Below are positions 21,555 through 39,475 of a stretch of 64,000 nt of DNA, in pieces; position 1 is the stretch's first letter; each line of letters begins with the position of its first letter. Both the position numbers and the translations under genes were made by a program. The stretch is from the NCBI RefSeq assembly GCF_009914755.1, contig NC_060928.1, one strand, 5' to 3'. The notes under the pieces are model-generated. The model was not told the origin of the DNA. It saw only the letters and a list, made by a program, of their open reading frames with translations, and made no database searches. The DNA is from the human T2T-CHM13v2.0 reference genome, Homo sapiens.

Positions 21555-23199
21555 AGAAACATCAGACTTCATCTGTATTGTAGACCAAATGGACCTAATC
21601 GATATCTACAGAACATTTCATCTAACAGCTGCAGAATACGGCTTCTTCTCCTCAGTACATGAATCATTCTCAAGGATAGAACATATGTTAGATCACAAAA
21701 CAAGTCTTAAAACATTCAAAAAACCTGAAATTATACCAAGTTTCTTCTCTGACCACAATGGAAGAAAACTAGACATCAATAACAAGAGGAATTTTTGGAA
21801 ACTATACAAACACATGGAAATTAAACAATATGCTTCTGAATAAACAGTGGGTCAATGAAGAAATTAAGAAGGAAATTGAAAAAAATTTTGAAACAAATGA
21901 TAATGGAAACACAATATACCAATACCTCTGGGATACAGCAAAAGCAGTACTAAGACGGAAGTTTATAGCTATCGGTCCCTACACCAAAAAAGAGGAAAAA
22001 CTTCAAGTAGACAATCTAATGATCCATCTTAAAGAACTACAAAAGCAAGAGCAAAGTAAGCCCAAAAGTAGTAGAAGAAAAGAAATAATAAAGATGAGTG
22101 CAGAAATAAATAAAATAGAAACAAAGAATACAAAAGATAAATGAAATCAAAAGTTGGCTTTTTGAAAAGATGAACAAAATCAACAAACCTTTATCCAGAC
22201 TAAGAAAAAGAGAGAAGACCCAAGCAAACAAAATCAGAGATGAAAAAGGAGGAATTATAATACAACTGATACTGCAGAAATTAAAAGGATCTTTAGAAGC
22301 TACTATGAGCAGCTGTATTTCAATAGATTGGAAAACTTAGAAGAAATGGATAAATTTCTAGACATATATAACTGTTTGGAGGTTCCTCCAGAAACTAAAA
22401 ATATAGCTACCATATGATCCAGCAATCCCACTGCTGGGTATATATCCAAAAGAAAGGAAATCAGTATATCAAACAGATATCTGCAGTTCCATGTTTATTG
22501 CAGCACTATTTACAACAGCGAAGATTTAGAAGCAACCTAAATGTCCATCAACAGTTGAATGGATAAAGAAAATGTGGGACATATACACAATGGAGTACTA
22601 TTCAGCCACAAAAAAAGAATGAGATCCTGTCAGTTTCATGTATGGAACTGGAGGTCATTATATTAAGTGATATAAGACAGGCACAGAAAGACAAATCTCA
22701 CATGTTCTCACTTATTTGTGGGAGTTAACAATTAAAATAACTGAACTCATGGTGATAAAGAGAGCAGAATGGTAGTTACTAGAGGCTAGGAAGGGTGGTG
22801 GTGGTGGGTGGTGGGGGATGGTTAATGAGTACAAAAATACAGTTAGACAGAATGTATATGATCCAGTATTTGATAGCACAACTAGGTGACTAGAGTTAAG
22901 TCAAGAATAATATATTGTGCATTTAAAAATAACTAAAATAGTAGAATTGGACTGTTTGTAATACAAAGAAAGGATAAATGCTTTATGTGACCCATTTACC
23001 CTCATGTGATTACTATGCATTGCATATCTGTATCAAAATACCTCATGTACCCAATAAATATATACACCTACTATGTACCCACAATAGTTAATAAGACATT
23101 AAGAAAAAAGAGCAATTGACTGAGAGGAAAGGCAAAGATGACCCAAAATATACAAAGTGGAAATTCCCAAAGACTGGAGAAAAAAAAACAGAATACTAG

Positions 23200-23500
23200 A
23201 TGCCCGGTATGGTGGCACATGCCTATAATCCCAGCCCTTTGGAGGCTGAGGCAGGCGGATCACTTGAGGCCATGAGTTCAAGACCAGCCTGGGAAACATA
23301 GCAAGACTCCATTGCTGTTAGAAAAAAGAAAGAAAGGGAGAAAAGGAGAAAAGGAGAAAGGGAGAAAGAGAGAAAGTGCGGGGCAGGGGGAGAGAAGGAA
23401 GGAAGGAAGGAGAGAAAGAAGGGGGGAGGGGAGAAGGAGGGGAGAGGGAGGGAAGAGGAGGAGAAAGGAGAGGAGGGGAGGGGAGGGGAGGGAAGAAGAC
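23200..23500 (+). mobile_element. Alu left monomer/FLAM whose tail decayed into a GA-rich polypurine tract
   Basis: Alu left arm at 23200-23320, then about 180 bp of almost pure G/A. Confidence 0.85.
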
Positions 23501-24171
23501 AGGCAATAATTCAAGAGTACTGTCCTAAAATTGAGAGGATAAAAAAAGACTCCTAAAACTGACAGGGGAAAAAAAGACCGGAAGCTACATATTAAAAAGA
23601 TATACTATGATGAAGACTACAAAACTGATGAAAAAATTAAAGAACAATAAAGAGATATCTCAAACTTATGGACAGGAAGCTTCAATATCATTAAGATGTC
23701 AGTTTTTTTCCAACTTGATCTTTGGATTTAACATAATCCCAGCCAACCCAGCAAGCTCTTTTGTGGATACAGACATAATAACTCTAAAGTTTATATGGAT
23801 ATACAAAAGACCCAGAATAGCCAATACATAATTGAAGGAGAACAAAGTTGGGGGACTGACACTATGTGACTTCAAGAAATACTATAAAGCTACAGTAATC
23901 AGGATACTGGGGTACTGGCAAAAGAACAGGAAAAAAGTTGAATGGAATGGATACAGAGTTCAGAAATGGCCCCATACAGATATAGTCAACTGATCTTTGG
24001 CAAAGGAGCAAAGTTAATTCATCGAAGAAGGAATAGTATTTACAATAAGTGGTGCTAAAAAAACACTGTACATCTACTTACGAAAAAAATGTATCTAGAC
24101 ACAGACCTTATAACTCTTCAAAAATATTTACTCCAAATAAATCACATAACTAAATATAAAATGCAAAACTA

Positions 24172-24569
24172 GGCCGGGTGCAGTGGCTCACACCAGTAAT
24201 CCCAGCACTCTGGGAGGCTGAAGCGGATGGTTCACTTGACCTCAGAAGTTTGAGACCAGCCTAAGCAACACGGAGAAACACCATCTCTACAAAACATACA
24301 AAAATTAGCCAGGCACAATGATGCACACTGGTGGTCCCAGCTACTTGGGGTTTGAGGTGGGAGGATCACATGGGCAAACCCTCTCTCTACTAAAAATACA
24401 AAAATTAGCCAGGCATGGTGGTGCATACCTGTTGTCCTAGCTATTCAGGAAGTTAAGGTGGAAGGATCACCTGGGCCCAGGGAGGTTGAGGCTGCAGTGA
24501 GCCATGTTGCAACACTGCACTCCAGCCTGGGCAACACAGTGAGACCCCATCTCAAAAAAAAAAAAAAAA
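24172..24569 (+). mobile_element. Alu with duplicated central region (three-arm structure)
   Basis: ctctac...aaaattagccaggca occurs twice (about 24285 and 24385). Confidence 0.85.
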
Positions 24570-24617
24570 GACAATGTCAAGAGAACATGAAGAAAAGCCA
24601 CAGACTAGGAGAAAATA

Positions 24618-24836
24618 CAGGTTGACTATCTCTAATCCAAAATGCTCCAAAATATGAACCTTTTGGAACATTGTTATAATGCCCAAAGGAATGTTCATTG
24701 GAGCATTTCAGATTTTGGATTTACGGATTAGAGATACTCAACTGGTATAATGCAAACAGTCCAAAATCTGAAAAAAAAAAACCCAATCCAAAACACTTCT
24801 GATCCCAAGCATTTCAGATAAGAGATACTCAATCCG
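24618..24836 (-). mobile_element. Tigger4a/MER46A-like MITE
   Basis: TA-flanked, terminal inverted repeats caggttgactatc / gatactcaatccg. Confidence 0.8.
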
Positions 24837-25896
24837 TATTTGCAAAAGACATATTTGATAAAGGACCATTAACCAAAATATACTAAGAATTCTTAAACTC
24901 AACAATAAGAAAATAAAGTACCCAATTTAAAAATGGGTGAAAGATCTCAACAGGCAACTCACTAAGGTATACAGGTGGCAAAGCAGCATATAGTAAGAAT
25001 CATATGAAAAGAGGTTCAACATCATATGTTATTAGGAGATTGCAAATAAAAACAACAACAAGATACCACTACACAGCAACTAAAATAACCAAAATCCAAA
25101 ACACTGACAACACCAAATGCTGGAGAGGACATGGAGTAAAAGGAACTCTCATTCATACACTGCAAAATGGTACAGACACTTTGGGAGACTGGTGGTTTCT
25201 TACAAAACTAAACATACTCTTACTAGACAATCCAGCAACTGTATTCCTCTGTATTCACCCAAATGAATTGAAAACTTAAGTCCACACAAAAACCTGCTCA
25301 TAGATGTTTATATCATCTTTATTCATAATTGCTATCACTTGGAAGCAATCACGATGTCTTTCAGTACATCTTGAAAGTGAATAAATAAACTGTGGCACAT
25401 CCATACAATGTAATATTCTGCGCTAAAAAGTAATGAGCTATTGAGACACAAAAAGATTACAGAGGAACCTTAAGTGTATATTACTAAGTGAAACCATCCA
25501 ATCTGAAAAGAGCACATACTGTATGAGTCCAATTACATGACATTCTGGAAAAGACAAAACTATGGAGATAGTAAAATAATCAGTGGTTGCCAGGGTTTGG
25601 AAGAAAGGGAGGGATAATATAAGCAGAGCACAGGGGATTCTTGGGGCAGCAAATTCTTGTGTAATAATAGTGGTTACATAGCATTATACATTTGTCAAAA
25701 CCCAGGGCAATTAAAGCACCAAGAGTAAATTTTAATGTAAACTATACACTTTGGTGATAATGATGTGTCAACATTGGTCTATTGATTAAAACAAACGTAC
25801 CTCTCTGGTGTGGGCTATTGATGGTGGGGGAGGCTGTGTGTGTATGGGGGAAGGGCATATACAGGAACTCTGTACTTTTCACTCAATTTTGCTACG

Positions 25897-26270
25897 TGTA
25901 TTAGTCCGTTTTCATGCTGCTGATAAGGACATGCCTGAGGCTGGGAAATTCATAAAAGAAAGCGGTACAACTGAACTCACAGTTCCACATGGCTGGGGAG
26001 GCGTCACGATCATGGCAGAAGGCAAGGAGGAGCAAGTCACATCTTACATGGATGGTGGCAGGTTAAAAAAAAAAAAAGCTTGTGCAGAGAAACTCTCATT
26101 TTTTAAAAACCATCAGATCTCGTGAGATCCATTCACTATTACGAGAATATCATGGGAAAGACCTGCCCCCATAATTCAGGCATCTCCCACCAGGTTCCTC
26201 TCATAACACGTGGGAATCATGGGAGCTATAAGATGAGATTTGGGTGGGGACACAGAGCCAAACCATATCA
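25897..26270 (-). mobile_element. THE1A-like MaLR solo LTR
   Basis: TG...CA ends, ...gagatttgggtggggacacagagccaaaccatatca; 5-bp TSD ctacg/ctatg. Confidence 0.9.
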
Positions 26271-27040
26271 CTATGTATCCAAAACTCCTATAAGAAAAGG
26301 TCTATTAAACAAACAAAAAAAACCCACTATGTACTGTACTAGAAAAATAAACTCAATGCCAAAATATATTTTAAGAAAATGATTGGACTTTAAGTAAAAA
26401 GAAAGATATACTCTGAGCATCCAAGCAAAAAGACCAAATCACTTATAAGGTAAAGAAAATAAAACTGCCATCAGACTTTCTGCAGCAATGTTTTATGCCA
26501 GAATATAATTAAACTATATATTAAAGACAGTCAAGGAAAAAAAAGTAAGCCAAGGATTTTACATGCAGCCAAATCGACCCTCACAAATAAAGTCATAAGA
26601 CAAACTGTTATGAAAATGGAAAATCTATGAGTGTAGTGTTCACACAAGTCCTTCCTAAGGAATCTATTACAAAAAGAGTTTCAAGCAATCAGAATGACTA
26701 AGGAGACACTGACATAAGAATTGGAAGACTAAAATAAAGAACACCAAGGATCTTTTATGTTTCTCATTTAATACACAAAACAAGCCTTGATAGTAGTGTT
26801 TCCATTCTACACATGGAGGAAATGAATGCCAAAGTCAGAGGAACTTATCCATTGTTGCTGAGCAAGTAATAAAGCCAGGATTGGAACCAAAGCCCATTCT
26901 CTTTCTACCACATGAAGCTACCTCCACATACACATGAGCTAAACCTTTGTCTTTGCATATACTAGAATAGCATACTGCCTGGAATTTCATTCTCCCCCTT
27001 ATCTACCTTATGAGTTATTTGAAAAACAATCTTTGATACA

Positions 27041-27258
27041 CCCAAAAATTGCTTATTCTCTGTGGCTTTCCCTTACCTAAAAGGGCCATATATATTGTCA
27101 TTAATAAAACCGTATGGTACTGATAAAGAAAAGCCACCTCATCTGTGGTCCCAAAATTGCTTATTGTCTTGTGGCTCTCCCTTACCCAAAAGGGCCATAT
27201 GTGTTATCATTAATAAAGGCATATAGTACTGATAAAGTAAAGCTACCTCAGCTGTGGC
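27041..27258. repeat. Two-copy tandem duplication, 109-bp period
   Basis: cccaaaa(a)ttgcttatt...tactgataaag.aaagc.acctca.ctgtgg repeated at 27041 and 27150. Confidence 0.9.
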
Positions 27259-28940
27259 CGCAGAGCATTTCACAAAAAACATCTGTAACACAGATTTTGC
27301 CACATGTGATTTCGATGATGGTAAAAACTGTCACTTCTTTGGCTTAAAATCCCAATACAGAGCATATTCTTCCCAGTAAATGTATTTGGGAGAAAAAGAA
27401 GAGGGGAGATAACAGGTCTGGGATGTCTTTCTTGACTATACAAGATAAAGTTAATTACCTAAATATCTCTGCATTAATTCTGAACTTTGTGGGTACTTTT
27501 TATTCTTGTCCTTTTCACGCAATGTTATTATTTGTTTTCATTTTTGTCTGTCCTCTGAGAGCAAGAATGATCTTTTTTTCCTTTATAGCTTACCATCTAA
27601 CATATAATAGTGAACACAACTAAGAAGTGTTCAATAAATAGTTGGTGACTGAATGAAGAGAAATCATAAGTTATTTCTCAGTTCCAATTCTGTGCAAATG
27701 GATTATGATGAATACGAAGAATGAAAGCCCAATTTTTATGTGGTTTAAGTATTACTGTACACCAAATTGCATATATTTAATTAATAAAACGACATCAAGG
27801 AATCAGAATCTAATATTTTAAAAGTAATAGTGTTAATGAGCATCAGCATATTATAGAGCTTTTAGACTACAAAAAAAATCTGAATTTTTTTTCTCATTTT
27901 TTTCCAGAGAGTTTTGCACTGCAGAGTAAAATTATTATTATTATTTAAAAAAATGTTAGAGCCTGAAGGCATTTTTGTCTTGAATAAAGCCTGGAACATT
28001 TTGAAAAAGTTACTAGTATTTTTAATTAGTATTTGGCATACAACTGCAAAATTTCCTTATATGAGAATGTGAACAAATTAATTACAAACATATACACTTT
28101 TTGCCTTTTTTGCAGATGACTGTATTTCTCAATTCAAATTGTTTTCTCCCTTTAATATTAAAGAAAATAACAGAATTATTAGCAGCCTACTTTTGCCATT
28201 TCAGTAACATGTGTATAGGTTCATTTCACTGGCTAATTCCATTATTGAACATATCAGCAGTGTCATCTCCTAGGTTATTTTTCCACCAGCTCTGGATATG
28301 AGTGTCACTAGAAGCTTTTTAAGGGGAGACAGAGAAAAAGAGTGAGAGAGATAGAGAAGGAAAAAGAACACAAAAGTGCAACACACACTCCTGCCTAGAC
28401 ACAACTTCTAAAAAGAGGAAAAGTACACTCCACTTCCTCATCATTTAAACAAGCTGTTTAATCTGAAAATACCTGTTTCATACATAGCCACTCTTCTTGA
28501 TGCATAGCTGTAATACCAAAGGCCACAAAACTTATGGATCAGGAATATTTCCTCCTGCCTCATGACAACTCTCCTTCCCCAGTCCTAGAATTAATAATGT
28601 CTGTCATACCTACTAAAATACCTTTTAGTCAATCTCATTCTTGAATCCATATCAAAACAGACACAATTCATCTCAGTGCATTTCTCCTATATCTGTTTTC
28701 ATGTAAAACATCATTCTGACTTTTCCAACTCCACCCATACACACTTCATTTTCCTTTTAGATCCCATCCAGGTCTATCAGGTCAAAACTCAAGACTACCA
28801 TTTGGACAATCCCCCTAGAAAACACAATCATTCTCAATCTAATTAAAAAATTATTATAAGAGAAAGATAATTAAAAATAATTCACTTAAAATGGAAACAT
28901 CTTAAAATACATAATTAGATTTTTAATAATATTACTTCTA

Positions 28941-29339
<399 letters not shown>

Positions 29340-29391
29340 TTAAATTCTAGTTTTGGGGAATATAAAAATAGGAAAAAACCATAAATTAATA

Positions 29392-30344
<953 letters not shown>

Positions 30345-32633
30345 TATTATGTTTCTATAAAATCTTTATGTGAAAAAATAGAAAAAACTAAGATAAGTAA
30401 ATACAATTGGGGGGAATATAAAAATAGAAGAAACAAATTAGTATTTCATTTCTATATATTAAACAGAAAAAATAGAAAACAAATCTTAAAATAAACATAC
30501 ATATGGATTAAAAAGCAGAGAAAAGTATTTCTAAGAAAATTTGTCCTGCTTTATTTATCATAAGTAGGCAAATAACTGCTACTTCCTTATTGACAATAAT
30601 AATTTGGGGTAAACCATTTTAATAACATTTATCAAAGCAATATATAAAAATTATATACTGAAGTTTGAGTCTTTAGAATATTTGGTAATAATATATGAAG
30701 TATACAGGTACCTAGTAGTAACATACAGGATATAATATTATGTATTATGAGGCATAAGGTATATAGACATTCAATGGTAACCTAATACATATTGATACAG
30801 TTAATGTACCAGTTCCATGAAAGTACATGCAAATTAGCAGATAATAATTAGTTTCATACAGCCAAAATGATTACCAAGAGGAATTTCTTAAAGGATGGTT
30901 AAAATAGAGTAGAGAACCCAGAAATAGACCCATAACTTACAGTCATTTGATGTTTGACAAATATGCCAAAGAAATTCAAAAGGGGAAAAAGTTCTAACAA
31001 ACAAAACTGGGATAACTAAATGTTCATAAGAGAAACCCTCCTGTCCCCCCCACCACTGGAATTTAACCCCTTCAATGCAGGGAGGGAAAACAGAGGTGGA
31101 GTCAATGGTCTCTCTGAGCTGAGGAGGTGGAAATGGGAGTCTAGGGAGGCCAAAGTGGCTAGTGTTTGCAAGATAGGAGTACTGAAGTAATACGTTTCAC
31201 AGAGAGAGAACTCAGGAAAATTGTAAAAAGCCCCTTTGAGTCTTTACTTGAGTACTGATCAGCATATCAGTACATAATGTATAAAGAAATTTTAGAGAAA
31301 GTTTAGAGAAAAGACCACTCAAAAGAAGCAGAGGTAACAATACTTCGAGTTCACACAGTGCCAGAAAGAGTTCCTATTCCCATCAGCCAAAACAGACTGA
31401 TTTATAATTCACAAGGCACAAGGCAGATTATTCAGAAAGGTTGTTGATGCAGAAAAGGTAAAAGATTAGCAGTACGCTAATGCACAGTAATACTAATAAA
31501 TACTAATAATATAGATTGCTGCTTTGTTCCAACTAACAAAGCTTAAAAGCAAGACTTGAAAGAGCCAAGCTATGCACAGGTAACTAAATTGTGTCCAAGA
31601 ATAAAGGTCAAGAATATTTATAGAAATACAAAAATACATAGCACAAATATTAAAATTCACAACATTTGGACACCCCCAAAAAATTATCAAGCATGCACAG
31701 AAACAGAATATTAACTATAAAAAAGGAAGAAAAAAATCAATGAATCCAATCCAACTCTATAATGACAGAGATGATGTAACTAGTAGACAAGGACATTTAT
31801 AACTGTCATTGTAACTGAATTCCATATGTTCAACAAGCTAGAGAGAAGACTGACCGTGATAGAGGTAAAGAAAACATTAATAAGATCCATACTGAACTTG
31901 TCCTAATGAAGTTCATATAAATGAACCTGTCCATTGAACTCGTCCATTCATACTGAAGACAGAAAAAAAAATAGAATAAATAATGGCCACGAGTTTTTCA
32001 AGTTTGATGAAAACTATAAACTCATAAATCCAAGATGCTCAACAAAACCCAAGCAAAAGAAACATGACGAAAGTGACATCAAGGCACATCACAATCAAAT
32101 TCACTGAAACCAAGGCTACAGGGAAAAATCTGAAAAGGAGTCAGAGAAAAAAGACACAGAGGAATAAAACTAAAAATGAGGGTAACAGAAGACTTCTCAT
32201 CACAAGTAATGTGCATAAGATGACAGTGGAGCAGCATCATTAAAGTACTAAAAGAAAAAAATTTCAATTTAGAATTCTATGTCTCAGAAAAAATATCTTT
32301 GCAAAAGGAAGGCTAAATAAAATAAAAATAAAAACTTTTACAAACATTTGTATGTCTTTAAAATAAAAACTTTTACAGACATACAAATGTTGAAAGAATC
32401 ACCAGCAGGACTGTACTACAAAAAATCTTAAAGGAAGTCCTTCAGGCAGAAGAAAAATGATACAAAATAGATATCTTCTACACAAAAGAAATGAAAACTA
32501 CATGGGTAGACACAAAATAGTTTTTTCTCTTATTATTTAAATCTTTTTAAAGAATAAATGACTCTGCTGTATTATGGGATTTATAGCATAAAAAAAAATA
32601 GCACCAAAGGTTGGGAGGGAACAAATGTAAGTA

Positions 32634-33064
32634 CAGGTGACCCTCAAACAAAGTTCTGAGATGCCAGGGTTCACTTATAAACAAATTTTCTTCCACCTAT
32701 GCCACCCCTCAGACGCCAAGACCAACCCCCCAACTTCCTCCTCTTCAGCCTACTCAATGTGAAGATGATGCGGATGAAGGCTTTTATGATGATCCATTTC
32801 CACTTAATAGTAAATATATTTTCTCATTCTTATCATTCTCTTAGTAACATTTTCTTTTCTCTTGATTCCTATTATGAGAATATAGTATATAATACGTATA
32901 ACATGTAAAATATGTGTTAATTGGCTTTATGTTATTGATAAGGCTTCTGGTCAACAGTAGGCTATTACTAGTTAAATTTTGGGGGAGTTAAGAGTTACAC
33001 ACAGATTTTTGACTACACGGGGGATTCAACACCCCCAACCCCCGTATTATTCAAGGGTCAACTG
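32634..33064 (+). mobile_element. Tigger2a (MER28)
   Basis: TA-flanked, TIRs caggtgaccctcaaa / ttcaagggtcaactg, internal match to the recalled consensus. Confidence 0.85.
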
Positions 33065-33323
33065 TATATTATTGTAATAATCTTATACCATATATGAAGT
33101 ATAACTCAATTGAAGATAGGCTGTGCTAAGTTAATACACTGTGCTACAATAATACACTATAAACTCTGAAGCAAACACTGAAATAACAATGAGCTATAGC
33201 TAATAATTCAACAACAGAGGTAAAATGGAATAATAAAAAATAACCCCAAATAATGCAAAACAGGAGGAAAAAGGAAAGAAAGCATAGATGAGGCAAACAA
33301 AAAACAAATAGAAAAATGGTACA

Positions 33324-33420
33324 CAGACAGTCCCTGACTTATGATGGTTCAACTTAAGATTTTTCAACTTTACAATGGGTTTATTAGACTGTAATCCCAT
33401 TGTAAATTGAGGAGCATCTG
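33324..33420 (-). mobile_element. Short Tigger5/MER47-like MITE
   Basis: Ends cagacagtccctgacttatgatgg ... cccattgtaaattgaggagcatctg. Confidence 0.6.
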
Positions 33421-33637
33421 GATTTAAATCCAATCACATTAATAATCACATTAAATGTAAATGATCTAAACATACCAGTTAAAGGTTATGATTTTTACCA
33501 GTTAAAGATTTTTCAACTTTACAATGGGTTTATTAGACTGCAATCCCATTGTAAATTGAGGAGCTCTGGATTTAAATCCAATCACATTAATAATCACATT
33601 AAATGTAAATGATCTAAACATACCAGTTAAAAGTTAT
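33356..33637. repeat. Near-perfect tandem duplication of about 134 bp with a junctional insert
   Basis: Copies at 33356-33489 and 33505-33637 differ at only 3 positions. Confidence 0.95.
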
Positions 33638-34329
33638 TTTAAAGGATTAAAAATGAATTTAACAATATGCTGCCCATAAGAAACCCATGTTAAATATAAA
33701 GACACATACAGATTAAGAGGAAAAAAAAGGATAAAGATATACCAGGTTAACACTGAGCAAAACAAAGTAGGAGTGACTATATCAATATCAAACAAAGAAA
33801 ACTTTTAATAAAGCAAAGATTTTTTTAAAAAGAACAAGCTATTAATAATTACAACACAGATGAATCTCAAAAATCATTATGCTTTCAGCCAGAGGTGAGA
33901 GATTAGGGAAAAATAATCATTATGCTTGAGTGAAAGAAGCCAGACATAAAAGAATACAAACGATTAGAGTCTGTTTATATGATATTCTAGAACAGGAACA
34001 TTTAATCTAAGGTAGAAAAAAAATTCAGAAAAAGTTGCCCCTGGGAGGATAAGAACAGAGAACGATTAGGCAGGGGCAAACTTTCTGGGGTGATGTTAAT
34101 GTTCTGTATCTTGATGGGGGTTCTTATTTTGTAGCTCCCAGCATTTGTTAAAAACCAGTAAATATATATTTGTAATGTGTGCATTTCATTGCATGTAAAT
34201 TTAACATAAATGAAAAAACAAACATTGAACTCTAATAAATAATTACATGCTGTGAAATACTTAGGGCAAGGTATACCAATGTCTGCAATTTACTCTGAAT
34301 TGCATGAAACAATGACAAACCAATTGATG

Positions 34330-38315
<3,986 letters not shown>

Positions 38316-38702
38316 ACACTTTCCCCCAACTTACTTGTATCTTTCTACCTTTGCCTCCATGCATCCTTTCACAATGGCAATGGTCTATTGCCTCAGAGGT
38401 GCTCTCAATCATCTCCAGCCCCACCATCTCAGAGATCTCACAACACCAGTGTCTCTCCTCATTATTTATGTTTTTGTCCTCACATTCATTTATTTAATAA
38501 CTACTTTTCATGTATAAATTACATGCTACATGACGGAGCATAAACATGCAGTACAAATAAGACAAGCTTTATCAAAATGTTTATATTCTAAAACAGAATA
38601 CAGGCAAATTATACTTAAACAAATGAAGAAGATAATTACAGTATGTGATTAGTTCTTTAAAAATAATAAATAAAAGAACTCAGAAATAAAAAATCAAATA
38701 CT

Positions 38703-38986
38703 GGCCGGGCACAGTAGCTCACACCTGTAATCCCAGCACTTTGGGAGATGGAGGGAGGAGGATTGTATGAGGCCAGGAGTTCAAAAGCAGCCTGGTTAAC
38801 ATAGTGAGTCCACCATCTCTAACAAAAAAGAAAAAAAAAAATTAGCCGGGCATGGCAGCACGTGCCTGTAGTTCCAGCTACTCTGGAGGCTGAGGCAGGA
38901 GGATCATTTGAGCCCAGAAATTTTAAGATACAGTCAGCCATGACTGCAGCACTGTATTCCAGCCTGTCTTGAAAAAAAAAAAAAAA
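38703..38986 (+). mobile_element. AluJ-like
   Basis: ggccgggcacagtagctcac...A tail. Confidence 0.9.
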
Positions 38987-38989
38987 CTG

Positions 38990-39275
38990 CATATTCTTAC
39001 AGAATTCTAAGTGGGAGCAAAACAATGGGTAAACATGGACATGGAGGCAAATAATAGACACTGGGGACTCCAAAAGGGGAGAGGCTGGGCAGGGGTGAGG
39101 GTTGAAAAATTATCTATTGGGGTACCAATACCAATTACCTATTGGGGTACCATGTTCACTATTTTGAGTGGTAGGTACACTAGAAACCCAATCCTCACCA
39201 TAATGCAATATATACATGTAACAAACCTGCACATGTACACCCTGAATCTATAGAAATAAAATAGATTTAAATAAA
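38990..39275 (+). mobile_element. L1PB/L1MA 3'-end fragment
   Basis: taagtgggagc...catgtaacaaacctgcacatgtacaccctgaatcta. Confidence 0.75.
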
Positions 39276-39326
39276 TAAATATTTAAAGTACAGAAATAAT
39301 ATTCAATGATTTGAAAATAAGAGAAG

Positions 39327-39475
<149 letters not shown>

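Larger units (their letters stand above)
23590..25895 (+). mobile_element. L1MC-like 3' portion (ORF2 end and 3'UTR), interrupted
   Basis: ORF2 remnants (TLKFIW..KRPRIA; QIKTTTRYHYT) and a 3'UTR with cagtggttgccaggg...aatgtaaactatacactttggtgataatgatgtgtc. Confidence 0.7.
30900..34320 (+). mobile_element. Highly decayed old L1 (L1MC/ME-type) fragments hosting younger DNA transposons
   Basis: ORF1-like (aatccaagatgctcaacaaaacccaagc), endonuclease start (acattaaatgtaaatg), and 3'UTR-like (gtgaaagaagccagac) pieces. Confidence 0.55.

Noticed and set aside
23312-23514. Arg/Gly/Glu-rich and Pro/Ser/Leu-rich ORFs
   Set aside because: Translations of a GA-rich low-complexity Alu tail
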